DNA of 64,000 nucleotides from an uncultured Alphaproteobacteria bacterium (GCA_964017825.1 CAXHMA010000007.1:758-64757); one strand, 5' to 3'; counted from the first letter of the stretch, positions 43,085 to 53,632 are shown. The notes: generated by a model not told the origin, from the letters alone. Program-made: numbers and translations.

Positions 43085-43981
43085 ATGAATAAATATTTAT
43101 CTGATAAAATGTTATACGCCGGGTTTGCCGCTTTGCTTCTGCTTGCAGGATGTGCATCCGAACCAAGAGAGTTTACCTACGCCAACCTGCCTCAGGAAGT
43201 CAAGGCGATTAAGGCTGACGGCGGCATTTACAAAGTAGGTAATCCCTATACCGTTTTGGGTCAGAGCTACACCCCGCGCGAAGACTACACCTATTCCGAA
43301 ACCGGCACGGCCTCGTGGTATGGCGACGATTTTCATAACAAACGCACCGCTAACGGCGAAAAATACAACATGCGCGCCATTACCGCCGCGCACCGCACGC
43401 TGCCCCTGCCCTCAATCGTCAAAGTCACAAACCTTGAAAACGGCAGGTCTATCATTGCCCGCGTTAATGACCGCGGCCCTTATGTCAAAAACCGCATTAT
43501 CGACGTTTCCGAAAAAGGCGCCGAACTGCTGGGCTATAAGAATAAAGGCACTGCCAGAGTCAAAGTGGAGATTTTGGCGGACGAAAGCCGCGCCTTGAAA
43601 GAAGCCATGCTTTCCAAAGACAATTCGTCGAAGATTTATGCTGCCGCGCAGAAAAACAAATCAGCAGCAGCTCCCGTTCAGACAGCCGCTGTTGCGCCCC
43701 TGCCCGCAGCTCCCGCACCCCAAGCGCCTGCGTTGAACAAACCTGCGGAAACCGGCTTTTTCTTTGTGCAGGTCGGCGCATTTGCCGATTATCAAAAAGC
43801 CAAACAAATGGCTTCCGCCATGGAGCGCTTCGGCCGCGTTTCCATTCATGAATCTTATTTAAGCAAAGACGGCGTTTACCGTGTCCGCCTCGGCGCATAT
43901 CACAGCCGCGACGAAGCTTTGCAGATTTTAGACCGTGTGCTTGACTACGGGCATGCGGATGTAACCATTGTCCAAGGATAG
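43085..43981 (+). CDS. rlpA: septal ring lytic transglycosylase RlpA-family lipoprotein with a SPOR domain
   Basis: It has a lipobox (LLAGC), a DPBB core (GTASWYGDDFHNKRTANGE, RVNDRGPY) and a C-terminal SPOR-like region. Confidence 0.8.
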   Translation: MNKYLSDKMLYAGFAALLLLAGCASEPREFTYANLPQEVKAIKADGGIYKVGNPYTVLGQSYTPREDYTYSETGTASWYGDDFHNKRTANGEKYNMRAITAAHRTLPLPSIVKVTNLENGRSIIARVNDRGPYVKNRIIDVSEKGAELLGYKNKGTARVKVEILADESRALKEAMLSKDNSSKIYAAAQKNKSAAAPVQTAAVAPLPAAPAPQAPALNKPAETGFFFVQVGAFADYQKAKQMASAMERFGRVSIHESYLSKDGVYRVRLGAYHSRDEALQILDRVLDYGHADVTIVQG

Positions 43982-43994
43982 GAGAGACAAAAAC

Positions 43995-45146
43995 ATGACT
44001 TCAAACAAACTGTTCATCTTCGCTGCCGGCATTTCCTGCCTGTTACCGCTTGCTTACGCCCATGCGTTTGAAACCAAAGCCAAAAACGCCATTTTGATGG
44101 ACTATGAAACAGGCAGCTATCTGTTTAAGAAAAATCATCAGGAAATGATTGCCCCGGCTTCCATGAGCAAACTGATGACCGTTTACATCCTTTTAAGCAA
44201 AATCAAAGAAGGCGACATCTCGCTTGAAGATACGTTTACCGTCAGCGAAAAAGCCTGGCGCAAAGGCGGCGCGGCTTCCGGCGGTTCCACAATGTTCTTG
44301 AAAATCGGTCAGGAAGTCAAAGTCGAAGACCTTATTAAAGGCATCATCATCCAATCCGGCAACGACGCCTGCATCACGGTTGCCGAAAATATCGCCGGTT
44401 CGGAAGAAGAATTTGCCGCGCTGATGAACGAAACCGCCGAAAAAATCGGCTTGCACAATGCTCATTTCGTCAATGCGACCGGCCTGCCTCATCCCGAGCA
44501 CAAAATCTCGGTTGAAGACCTCGCGCTGCTTGCCCGCCGTATTATCAAGGAATTTCCGGATTTCTATCATGTTTTCAAAGAAAAAGAGTTCACCTTTAAC
44601 GGCATCAAACAGGGTAACCGTAACCCGCTGTTGTACAGTCTCAAAGGCTCTGACGGATTAAAAACCGGACACACTGACGAAGCGGGTTTCTGCTTAACCG
44701 GCTCCGTTGTCCGCGGTGACAGGAGATTGATTGAAGTTGTCGCCGGCCTTTCCAGCAACAAGGAACGCGCCGAAGAAACCGAAAGCCTGATGACATGGGG
44801 TTTCGCCGGATTTGACAATTACAAACTATTCAATCAAAACCAGATTCTGGCGGAAATTCCCGTCTGGTACGGTGCCAAACCGACCGTCGAAGCCGTTGTT
44901 CCCGAAAAAATCGTTTACACCGTCAAAAAGAGCACCAAAAACAAATACGGTGCCAAAACCGTTTATAACACGCCCCTGAAAGCCCCCGTCTTCAAAGGCG
45001 ACAAAGTCGGCGAACTGTTCATCACCTACGGCGATAATACCGTGCAGAAAATCCCGCTTGTGGCCAAAGAAGATATTGCCAAAATCGGCGCATTAAGCCG
45101 CTTTATGGCCAACCTCAAATATTTTGTTTTCGGCGCGGAGAATTAG
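43995..45146 (+). CDS. D-alanyl-D-alanine carboxypeptidase (PBP5/6 class)
   Basis: ATG 43995 follows a ggagag SD. It has a signal peptide and the SxxK (SMSK), SxN (SGND) and KTG (KTGHT) motifs. Confidence 0.85.
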   Translation: MTSNKLFIFAAGISCLLPLAYAHAFETKAKNAILMDYETGSYLFKKNHQEMIAPASMSKLMTVYILLSKIKEGDISLEDTFTVSEKAWRKGGAASGGSTMFLKIGQEVKVEDLIKGIIIQSGNDACITVAENIAGSEEEFAALMNETAEKIGLHNAHFVNATGLPHPEHKISVEDLALLARRIIKEFPDFYHVFKEKEFTFNGIKQGNRNPLLYSLKGSDGLKTGHTDEAGFCLTGSVVRGDRRLIEVVAGLSSNKERAEETESLMTWGFAGFDNYKLFNQNQILAEIPVWYGAKPTVEAVVPEKIVYTVKKSTKNKYGAKTVYNTPLKAPVFKGDKVGELFITYGDNTVQKIPLVAKEDIAKIGALSRFMANLKYFVFGAEN

Positions 45147-45149
45147 CCG

Positions 45150-45806
45150 ATGGCCGGCACGTTCATCACATTTGAAGGCGGCGAAGGCTCCGGCAAATCA
45201 TTGCAGCTGAAACTGCTCGCCGAATACCTGCAAAACAACGGCAGAGATGTTGTCTGCACCCGCGAACCCGGCGGCACCGAAGTCGGACGCGAAATCCGCC
45301 GCCTGCTTGTGGAAGGCAGCAAAGATAAATTTGACGAACTGACCGAAATGCTGTTGTTTTATGCCGACCGCCGCATAGACCTGCAAAAGGTCATCTTACC
45401 GGCTCTGGCAGAAAATAAAATCGTCCTTTCCGACCGCTTTAACGACTCAACGATTGCTTATCAGTATTACGGCTCCGGCAAATTCCAAGACACCAAGATT
45501 ATGGATACGCTGTACGGGCTGGTTGCCGGAACATTCAAACCGAATCTGACTTTTTTGCTGGATATTGATGTTAAAACCGGACTGGAAAGAAGTTTCAAAA
45601 AAGCCGAGCAAATGACAAATAAAGAACTGCGTTTTGAAAATGCGGCGCTGGCTTTTCATGAGCGCCTGCGCAACGGTTATCTTGAACTGGCACAAAAAGA
45701 GCCTGAACGCTTTATCGTCATCAATGCCGCCGATACCGTTGAAAACGTACACCGGGAAATCATCACCCGCCTCAACGAACGGCTGCCGGCACTCACTTCA
45801 GCTTAA
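45150..45806 (+). CDS. tmk: dTMP kinase
   Basis: 218 aa with the P-loop FEGGEGSGKS, a DRF motif and a LID region. Confidence 0.9.
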   Translation: MAGTFITFEGGEGSGKSLQLKLLAEYLQNNGRDVVCTREPGGTEVGREIRRLLVEGSKDKFDELTEMLLFYADRRIDLQKVILPALAENKIVLSDRFNDSTIAYQYYGSGKFQDTKIMDTLYGLVAGTFKPNLTFLLDIDVKTGLERSFKKAEQMTNKELRFENAALAFHERLRNGYLELAQKEPERFIVINAADTVENVHREIITRLNERLPALTSA

Positions 45807-46407
45807 TTTTATACTCGTGACAGGGAAAAATCCCCTTTTGCAGATACTCTTCGGCATTCGGCGTAAAATCTATGCGCGAACCGTCTCCGTGCCAACAGAA
45901 CGCCGAAACCGGTTTTCCGTTGTCGAAATATATTTCCGATTGCAATTTGCCGTTGGCATAATAGCGGCGTTCGCGTCCGTTCTTCACCCCTGCGGCAAAG
46001 TTTTCTTCCAAACGCAAAGTTCCGTCTTCATAAAAGCCGCGGCGAATGCCGTGCAATAAGCCGTTATCATACTGCGCTTCATATTCCATTCTGCCGTTCG
46101 GATAATAAAGCGATGCTCCGCCCTGCACCTTACCGTCGGCATAAACTGCATACGTCCGCTGCTTGCCGTCAGCATAAAACTTCTGCTGCACGCCGTTCTT
46201 TACCCCGTTGCGGTATTCTGTTTCCGCCGCTGCCACGCCATCCGGATAATATTGCCTGAGCTTGCCGTTCAACGGCTGCCCGTCTGAAAGGTAACACACA
46301 TCGCCCGCTCCGCAGCGCACTTCGCTTTCCACATAAAAATCACGCTTTGCCTCAGCTGCATTCACTGCTGCCAACACCGCTGCCATTATCCATAAACTTG
46401 TTTTCAT
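45793..46407 (-). CDS. MORN-repeat (YwqK-like) secreted protein
   Basis: ATG 46407 (MKTSLWIMAAVLAAVNAAEA) begins a signal peptide, followed by repeated YYxNG...G motifs. Confidence 0.65.
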   Translation of the reverse strand: MKTSLWIMAAVLAAVNAAEAKRDFYVESEVRCGAGDVCYLSDGQPLNGKLRQYYPDGVAAAETEYRNGVKNGVQQKFYADGKQRTYAVYADGKVQGGASLYYPNGRMEYEAQYDNGLLHGIRRGFYEDGTLRLEENFAAGVKNGRERRYYANGKLQSEIYFDNGKPVSAFCWHGDGSRIDFTPNAEEYLQKGIFPCHEYKIKLK

Positions 46408-47528
46408 TTCTTCTGCTCCCCTTTTAACAGCACATCCACAACCGAAAACACCGCCCAAAACTGCGCGACGACTTCCTGCACCTTGCGGTAGTCAAGCGCC
46501 GGCGTAAACAGCGAGGTCGTCTCAAACATATCTTTACCCGTATGCACCGCAATCAATACTTTGTTGTTCCAAAACGAAAATTCAATCTTCCGCCCTTTAA
46601 ACCGCTTTTTCATCGCAAGCATCCGCTCCATAAACGCCGGCGTTAACACATAGCGAGCCTCAATCTGGTCGGTTGATTCCACTTTCCAGTGTTTGTCAAA
46701 CACCACGTCTTCAAGCGCCACCTGCTGCATTTTTTTGCGCTTATTAAACCAATCTTTAATAATCCAAAAACCGCCGCACATCAAAAACACTGACAGCGGA
46801 AAGAAAATAACAAACGGCAGGACATCGCGTTTCTCAAACACTTCCATAGAAATTGCCGCCCCGATTACAACTGCAAACAACGCGATAACCGCCGCAGCAA
46901 GAACCGCACCCCGCCCTTTGGCGTGCACCACCGTCTGCCCGTGAAACTTTTTGGGCATCGCCAAAGAAATAAGAATACCTTTAAATATCTGCACATCGCG
47001 CCTGTTTTTCCCCGAACCGCGCACATCACGCAGTTCCTGTTCCGAAACGGCAATCTTAACACCGTTGTAGCTGCCTTCAAAACAATCGTCATAATCCCGC
47101 CGATTAAAATTGCCGAACAGCCGCGATTGCTTTAACACCGGCAGTGAATGTGCCGCCCCCGGACAGGTCTTATAAGTCAAATCTCCCCAAAACGACAGGA
47201 TTTTATTCATCACGAGCTTTTTCGTATCTTCTTTATAATTTTCAACCGGCTGCCAAATATACACGCACCAAAGAAGAAAAACAAAAAGCAGCACCTCCGA
47301 AAGCCAGTCGTTCTCATCTAAAAAATGCTGCGCCCCCTCAATGACAGACACCAAATACATATAAACCGCGATAGCCGCCGCCAGCATTAACGCCCTGAGC
47401 CAGAAACTCAAAAGATACGGCTTGCGTTTTTCCTCCAGCTCCTGATAATCCCCTTTGAGTTTCTCATCATAAAACGCGCGGAACGCCCGCCGTTTCTCTA
47501 AAAGCTCATAATTAACGTTTCTTCTCAT
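46404..47528 (-). CDS. membrane protein, possibly DUF3137 family
   Basis: 374 aa with two pairs of TM helices. The central DDCFEGSYNGVKIAVSEQEL...FKGILISL..KKFHGQTVV pattern resembles DUF3137. Confidence 0.5.
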   Translation of the reverse strand: MRRNVNYELLEKRRAFRAFYDEKLKGDYQELEEKRKPYLLSFWLRALMLAAAIAVYMYLVSVIEGAQHFLDENDWLSEVLLFVFLLWCVYIWQPVENYKEDTKKLVMNKILSFWGDLTYKTCPGAAHSLPVLKQSRLFGNFNRRDYDDCFEGSYNGVKIAVSEQELRDVRGSGKNRRDVQIFKGILISLAMPKKFHGQTVVHAKGRGAVLAAAVIALFAVVIGAAISMEVFEKRDVLPFVIFFPLSVFLMCGGFWIIKDWFNKRKKMQQVALEDVVFDKHWKVESTDQIEARYVLTPAFMERMLAMKKRFKGRKIEFSFWNNKVLIAVHTGKDMFETTSLFTPALDYRKVQEVVAQFWAVFSVVDVLLKGEQKK

Positions 47529-47585
47529 CCGAACGCTCTCAATACATAATACTTAAACAGGCTATCAAACACCCCTCAAAATGTC

Positions 47586-47614
47586 AAACAAAAAAGCCCC
47601 CGTTTCCAAGGGCT
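47586..47614 (-). terminator. weak rho-independent terminator downstream of dxs and the repeat
   Basis: The minus strand has agccc...gggct (5-bp stem, 10-nt loop) followed by T-rich tttttgtttg. Confidence 0.35.
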
Positions 47615-47640
47615 CACTTTACAGATAACAGGTATTATTT

Positions 47641-47745
47641 AATTTTGCGAAATAGCCGTGAATGTCCTGCAAGGGAGGGGCGTGTACATAAAGGTACATG
47701 ACCCGGCCGAAGACAGGCCTCCATCCGCAAGCTAGTTCACAAAAT
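47641..47745. repeat. REP/MITE-like hairpin repeat, copy 2
   Basis: Ends are aattttgcgaaatagccg and, in reverse complement, aattttgtgaactagc. The core CGTGTACATAAAGGTACATGAC lies at 47681-47702. The right end supplies the last codons and the stop of dxs. Confidence 0.65.
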
Positions 47746-49483
47746 TAAAAATATCCTGAACAATCTGCGGCGCGGTCAACCGGTTGCGCTCATAAACGCT
47801 TTCCAGCGGCTCGCGGTCGTTGAATTCCTTCTTGCCGCCGTAGGTCAAAACCTTGACATCGCTCGCCCCGAAGAAACGCGCAACCTTTCCGCCGAACCCG
47901 CCGTCCATAACGCCGTCTTCAAGTGTCACCACGAGCTTGTGGGTTTTCTTCAAATCTTCAAGCAAAGCCTCATCCAAGCTGCTGTAAAACCGCGGATTGA
48001 TAAGCGTCGGTGTCAGTCCTTTTTCTTTCAGCACCGACACAACTTCGTTCCCGAGTTTCATAAAATTGCCGAGTGCCAAAACCGCCACATCTTTGCCCTG
48101 CTCAACCACTTCCGAACGGTTCAAAGCAATCGGTGCGGCATTACCCGCGACAGGCATTCCCGCCGGCACACGGATAACCACCGGATGCTCATTCTGCGCC
48201 AAGCTCCAGTTCAGCATCGCCACATATTCGTCTCTATTCGTCGGCGCCAGGCAAACCAAATTCGGAATGCTTTGCATCATCGCCAAATCAAAATAGCCCA
48301 AGTGCGTCGCATCGCTCATCCCCGACAACCCGCTGCCGAAAACAAGAATCACCGCCGGATTGCAGTTCAACGCCAAATCCTGCGACAACTGGTCGTATGT
48401 GCGCTGAATAAACGAACTGAACACGCAAAAAACCGGTTTGCAACCCTCTTTTGCCAATGCCGAAGCCATGGCAACGGAGTGCTCTTCGGCAATGCCCGAA
48501 TCAACATAGTGCGCGCCCAAAGCCGCTCTCTTTTCCGCATTCCAGCCGAAAGCCCCCGGCGTTCCCGCCGTCATCAGCACCACATTTTCACCTTGTTTGA
48601 TTTTGCCTGACAACAGATTATAGGTAATGTCGTTATAAGTTTCACCATTGCCGAAATCAACCGTCGGCTTACCGCTCTCCACATCAAACGGCATACTGTA
48701 ATGCCACGGCTCTTTGTTTTGCTCAGCAAGCGCATACCCCTTGCCTTTGGTCGTGTTCAGGTGCACGACAACCGGCTTTGTGCTGTCTTTCACGCCTTCA
48801 AACGCTTTAATCAGTGCCGCTATGTCATTGCCGTCATTGACATAAACATAATCGTACCCGAACGCCTTAAACAAATTCAATTCCGCTTTACCGTTTGTTT
48901 GTCGGAGCAATTCAAGATTTTTATACAACCCGCCGTGGTTTTCGGCAATGGACATTTGGTTGTCGTTAACCACCACAATAAAGTTACTGTTAAGCTCGGA
49001 GCCGCCGAAATCAAGCCCTTCCAGCGCCTCGCCGCCGGAAAGCGAGCCGTCGCCGATAACCGCAATCACATTATGTTTTTCGCCTTTCAAATCACGCGCT
49101 TTCGCCAAGCCCGAAGCCAGCGACAGAGATGTCGACGTATGCCCGATGGTGAAATGGTCGTGCGCGCTCTCGTCAGGATTGGTATAGCCCGATATTTTCC
49201 CGTAATCTTCCGGATTGAGAAAGCCGTTTTTACGTCCGGTCAAAATCTTGTGCGGATAGCACTGGTGCGACACGTCAAACACAATCTTGTCCTCAGGCGA
49301 GTTAAACACATAATGCAACGCGATAATCGCATCCGTCATCCCGAGGTTAGGCCCGACGTGCCCGCCGATAAGGCTGTCGCGTTTCAAAATCGCCGCGCGC
49401 ACTTCGCCCGCCAGTCCTTTTAATTCTGCAACAGACAGTTTTTTCACATCCTCAGGTGAATTTACAGTATCCGAATATGCCAT
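47732..49483 (-). CDS. dxs: 1-deoxy-D-xylulose-5-phosphate synthase
   Basis: ATG 49483 follows a gggaag SD. Motifs are GGHVGPNLG, SHQCYPHKILTGR and the GDGSLSGGEALEGL ThDP motif. It has a transketolase-like C-terminal half. Confidence 0.8.
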   Translation of the reverse strand: MAYSDTVNSPEDVKKLSVAELKGLAGEVRAAILKRDSLIGGHVGPNLGMTDAIIALHYVFNSPEDKIVFDVSHQCYPHKILTGRKNGFLNPEDYGKISGYTNPDESAHDHFTIGHTSTSLSLASGLAKARDLKGEKHNVIAVIGDGSLSGGEALEGLDFGGSELNSNFIVVVNDNQMSIAENHGGLYKNLELLRQTNGKAELNLFKAFGYDYVYVNDGNDIAALIKAFEGVKDSTKPVVVHLNTTKGKGYALAEQNKEPWHYSMPFDVESGKPTVDFGNGETYNDITYNLLSGKIKQGENVVLMTAGTPGAFGWNAEKRAALGAHYVDSGIAEEHSVAMASALAKEGCKPVFCVFSSFIQRTYDQLSQDLALNCNPAVILVFGSGLSGMSDATHLGYFDLAMMQSIPNLVCLAPTNRDEYVAMLNWSLAQNEHPVVIRVPAGMPVAGNAAPIALNRSEVVEQGKDVAVLALGNFMKLGNEVVSVLKEKGLTPTLINPRFYSSLDEALLEDLKKTHKLVVTLEDGVMDGGFGGKVARFFGASDVKVLTYGGKKEFNDREPLESVYERNRLTAPQIVQDIFNFVN

Positions 49484-49686
49484 TCTTCCCTCTCTTAAAA
49501 ATATGTTATTCCAATAGGATACACACGACGGAACACCATACCGCCGATTCCTGAATAACTCTAACATTTAGAGCTGCCTCTAAGTCAAGTTATTTTTTCC
49601 GCCGACATAAATTATTTTTTATCATTGACAAATTATACAAAAAAAACTAAATTGCCTCTTAATCAACAATTATTAAGTTAAGCATT

Positions 49687-49983
49687 ATGGAAAAAGAACA
49701 AATCTTGGCAATAGACGTACAGGCATTGCTGGATAACAGCCTCGGCTCTTTCGGCGATTTATACTGCCGCTTTGCCGTGCTCCGCAACCGTCTGGAAGAA
49801 AGCGACAATCTCCTCCGCACCGAAAGAAACAAGCTCGCCGAAGACTATAAAATCTTCCGCGATGAGGTCGCCCGCCGCGTGGAAACCTGTCGCCAGATGG
49901 TCTCTAAGCGTTATAAATATGACGCCTGGCATCAGGAAATCAAAGCCTTTTACGAAATGCTTCCGCCCGTTATGGGGATATAG
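49687..49983 (+). CDS. small hypothetical protein (coiled-coil-like)
   Basis: 98-aa ORF. No family recognised. Confidence 0.4.
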   Translation: MEKEQILAIDVQALLDNSLGSFGDLYCRFAVLRNRLEESDNLLRTERNKLAEDYKIFRDEVARRVETCRQMVSKRYKYDAWHQEIKAFYEMLPPVMGI

Positions 49984-50213
49984 CCCCCCCCGTAAACATG
50001 AGATAATTCAAATTATTGTTTAACCCTTAAAAACAAAAAGTATGCTTATTACGATTTTTGTAAACGGCGTTCTGGTATTCTGCCTCTGATCTGAGCTCGT
50101 ACCGCACATTGTAACATGAAAGGGATATTCCTCCCTTTGCCCGTGCAGGGCTTTAAACTGAAAAACAGCGCCGATACCCCGTATCCGCGCTGTTTTCTCT
50201 TTTTATATCTCGC

Positions 50214-50804
50214 CTATGCGCGCCCTGTTTTGCGTTCTTCTCTTCCCCTTTCATACAAAATTTGGCTCATCGATTTATCGCCGTCGCCCGATCTCTGCGA
50301 AATGACACTTTTACCGTCATATCCGCCATGGCCTGTCCGGCCGGACTTCTCCGTAATTGCCTGCTCGTGCTTAATGGTTGTGGCCTCTCTTGTCATGCGT
50401 TGCTTATCTCTTGCATCCAGTTTCTGATAATCTTTGGCATAATGATACATAATGCTGCCGACATTGGCTTTTTTTGTTGTAACTCCCTGAGCCCCGTTGT
50501 TGATGACAACGGCGCGCATAGGCAAGATTTTATGGCTGATAACCGTCCGCATGCGTTCCACAATCACCGGATTATCATAATCAGGCCTGCCATTTCCCTG
50601 TGCGACAATACTTTCCGCTTCTTTAAAAACGCTGAAACTACGGCGCATGGCCTGCTTATCCTTTGCCGAGCCGAAAATTTTGGTATCGGGATGTTCCTCA
50701 TCATAGCGTTCCAAGACGGCCAGAGCCTCCTTAAAATCTCTATGCTCTGCAAAAGCCTGGAAAATGATATATTCTCTGCTTTCGTTAATATATAATGTCG
50801 CCAT
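50214..50804 (-). CDS. hypothetical protein
   Basis: ATG 50804 follows a ggaggg SD. 196 aa. No family recognised. Confidence 0.5.
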   Translation of the reverse strand: MATLYINESREYIIFQAFAEHRDFKEALAVLERYDEEHPDTKIFGSAKDKQAMRRSFSVFKEAESIVAQGNGRPDYDNPVIVERMRTVISHKILPMRAVVINNGAQGVTTKKANVGSIMYHYAKDYQKLDARDKQRMTREATTIKHEQAITEKSGRTGHGGYDGKSVISQRSGDGDKSMSQILYERGREERKTGRA

Positions 50805-50978
50805 GTTACCCTCCGTTTTTATCACGATATTAAAATATCATACCATATTTTTCGGCCTCTTTCAAGCCTAAAATACCGTATACGGATTTTGCCCGAAAGG
50901 TGTGGATTTCCTTCTGTACAAACTTGAAAAAGCAAAACAAAATCTTATAATGCCCTTATATAAACTAAGGAGGTTATT

Positions 50979-52928
50979 ATGTTCCCGTTATCCCGTTTGA
51001 TTGCCAACGCCGTTATCGCTGCCGTTTTGGCGGGTGCGCCCGTTTTTGACGCTTACGGTATGGATGATGACCTTGCGCTGGATATGGGGCTTGAAGAGGA
51101 AGATGAAAATATCGAAGAGCCGGAGACAACGGCAAACATCACAGACCAAGCCGTCAAAACTATTTCTTCCGCCGTTAAAAAAGCACACAACGCCGCCAAT
51201 AACCTTATCCCCGTTAACATAAAAGAAAAAAACGGTTCTGCCGCAGATAACAAACCCGAACTGCCGCTCCTGACCCGGGTAAAAAACAAAAAGCCGTTCT
51301 CTACCGCCGAAATAGAAAACTGGGCGCTCTCGCGCGAAGATGTCAATACCTGCATGGAAAACGGCAAAACCATGCTGATTTATCTTGTTGCCGGTTCAAA
51401 CAACACCGAAGCCGTCAAATTTCTCATAGACAACGGTGCCGATTTGCATACGCACTGCACCCCGCAATATGAAGCATTGTTTGTTGCCGTCAAAGAAAAA
51501 GCTTCCGTCCCGATGATTGAAACGCTGATTAACAATAATGCCAACATCGTTGCCACGGATGAAGACGGCAATAACGCATTGTTGCTTGCCGCCGCCTATC
51601 ATCCGAACTCCGATGTCATTCTTTCTTTAATGGAATTCGGACTCAAAACCGATTTCCGAAACAATTTCGGTTATGACGCGCTGACGCTGGCAGCCTATAA
51701 TAACAGCCTGCCGATACTGCAAACCATACTCAACCACCAAATAAACCTGAACCCCCGCGATAACGAAGGACGCACGCCTCTGATGGCCGCCGCCGTCCGC
51801 GGCAATGATATGATTATGCGCTTCCTGATTAATCAAGGCGCCGATTTTACCGCTGCCGACCACAACGGCGTTACCGTGCTTGATTACTATAACAAGCGCG
51901 GTTACCTCAAAACCCTGCCTTTTAAGCAAGACAGTTTTGCCACGCTTTCCGAAAAGCTTAAACGCGAATATGACTTTATCGCTCAAAACCACCTTAAATA
52001 CAATACGATGCTTCAACAGGGAATTTACGGGCAAAACCCTGACGCTGCCGTTGCCGAAGCCATTGCCCATAATGCCGACATAAACAAACCGGATGATAAC
52101 GGCTGTACAACGCTTGTCAATGCCGCGGCAATCAACGCGCCCACAAGCGTTTTAACCAAACTTCTGAATGCAAACGCCGACATCAATGCCGCTTGCCGCC
52201 TGGGCAAAAACGCACTGATGCAAATTTTGGAAGCACCGGAAACACGTTTTTCCGCCGCTGATAAAACGGAAAAAGCCCGCCTGCTGACGGAAAGAGGCAT
52301 AAATATTGACGCCGCGGATGAATCCGGCAGTACGGCCCTCTTATATGCGGTCAGAAATAACGCTCCTGCCGGCCTTATCCAAATTTTATTAAACGCAAAT
52401 GCAAATGCCGACATCGCCGACAAAACGGGAGAAACGCCGCTCATTGCCGCCGCAAAGCAAAACCTGCCCGAAACGACAGCCCTTCTGCTCACTGCCGGCG
52501 CTGACCCGAACAAAGCCGATAATAAAATGGAAACACCGCTGCGCTATGCGGTTAAAAACGATGCAAACCCGCAGCTTGTCAAAGCCTTGCTTGACCATGG
52601 CGCTGATACCCGAACACCGGATATTAACGGCCTCACGCCTCTGTGGTATGCGCTCAAACACAAAATAAATGAAGAAACAACAGTGTATTTGATTACCGCC
52701 GATAAAAACCTCAATACACCGAATGCCGAAGGCGATACGCCGCTGCTTTTTGCATTATCGCACGACTACCCGGCAACGATTGTCACAGCGCTTTTGGCCA
52801 ACGGAGCCGACCCGAAAATAAAAAACCGCACCGGACAGGACGCTTATGACATTTTAAGAAGCAAACAGTATTTCAACGAAGCGCTCAAAAAACAAACCCG
52901 CGAGCACGTACTGGATAACTGGGATTAA
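50979..52928 (+). CDS. secreted ankyrin-repeat protein
   Basis: 649 aa with a signal peptide and an acidic linker, then about 14 or more ankyrin repeats (recurring G.TPL..A......v..LL..GAD.N). Confidence 0.85.
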   Translation: MFPLSRLIANAVIAAVLAGAPVFDAYGMDDDLALDMGLEEEDENIEEPETTANITDQAVKTISSAVKKAHNAANNLIPVNIKEKNGSAADNKPELPLLTRVKNKKPFSTAEIENWALSREDVNTCMENGKTMLIYLVAGSNNTEAVKFLIDNGADLHTHCTPQYEALFVAVKEKASVPMIETLINNNANIVATDEDGNNALLLAAAYHPNSDVILSLMEFGLKTDFRNNFGYDALTLAAYNNSLPILQTILNHQINLNPRDNEGRTPLMAAAVRGNDMIMRFLINQGADFTAADHNGVTVLDYYNKRGYLKTLPFKQDSFATLSEKLKREYDFIAQNHLKYNTMLQQGIYGQNPDAAVAEAIAHNADINKPDDNGCTTLVNAAAINAPTSVLTKLLNANADINAACRLGKNALMQILEAPETRFSAADKTEKARLLTERGINIDAADESGSTALLYAVRNNAPAGLIQILLNANANADIADKTGETPLIAAAKQNLPETTALLLTAGADPNKADNKMETPLRYAVKNDANPQLVKALLDHGADTRTPDINGLTPLWYALKHKINEETTVYLITADKNLNTPNAEGDTPLLFALSHDYPATIVTALLANGADPKIKNRTGQDAYDILRSKQYFNEALKKQTREHVLDNWD

Positions 52929-53632
52929 TCTTCATCGACACACAACCGCAGCACTTCCGCCGCCAGCATAGTCCCCATCGCCGCCGGAACCATCGGCAGC
53001 GACCCGAGAATATTATTGCCGTTATCGTCTTTGCAGATTTTAACCGGCTCACATGAATACACGCAGCGCACCTTTTTCAAATCACAGCCCTCGCGGCGCA
53101 GCATATCCCTGAGCTTCTTTGCCAACCGGCAGCCTTCCGCTTTGTCAAGCGTTGCCGCGCGTAAAAGTTCCGGCTTGGTTTTAAGCGCTGCCCCCATGGC
53201 CGAAACCACCGTTATGCCGTTATCTGTCAAAAACTTAATCAACGCCGCCTTCGCCGGCACATCGTCAATCGCATCAATGACAAAATCGGGCTTTTCGTGC
53301 AAAATGAAATCCAGATTATCCGCGCAAACCCGCATGTCAACCGCCTCAACGTCCGCATCAGGGTTTATCGCCAGCACACGCTCTTTGGCAACCGTACATT
53401 TCTTGCGCCCGATTGTTTCCGTTACCGCCAAAATCTGCCGGTTGACATTGCTTTCTTCAAACACGTCAAAATCCACCGCCCATATTTTGCCGAACCCGAG
53501 CCTGGCAATCATCTCCAACGCATAGCCGCCGACCGCCCCGCAGCCGATAACCATGACAGAAGCACCGCAGACTTTCGCTGCTTTGTCTTTACCCAACAGT
53601 GCCGTTGTCCGTTGCAGTCTCTCGTTTAACAT
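52925..53632 (-). CDS. tcdA: ThiF/MoeB-family protein, tRNA threonylcarbamoyladenosine dehydratase-like
   Basis: 235 aa with VMVIGCGAVGGYALEMIARLG and ESNVNRQ motifs. Confidence 0.65.
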   Translation of the reverse strand: MLNERLQRTTALLGKDKAAKVCGASVMVIGCGAVGGYALEMIARLGFGKIWAVDFDVFEESNVNRQILAVTETIGRKKCTVAKERVLAINPDADVEAVDMRVCADNLDFILHEKPDFVIDAIDDVPAKAALIKFLTDNGITVVSAMGAALKTKPELLRAATLDKAEGCRLAKKLRDMLRREGCDLKKVRCVYSCEPVKICKDDNGNNILGSLPMVPAAMGTMLAAEVLRLCVDED

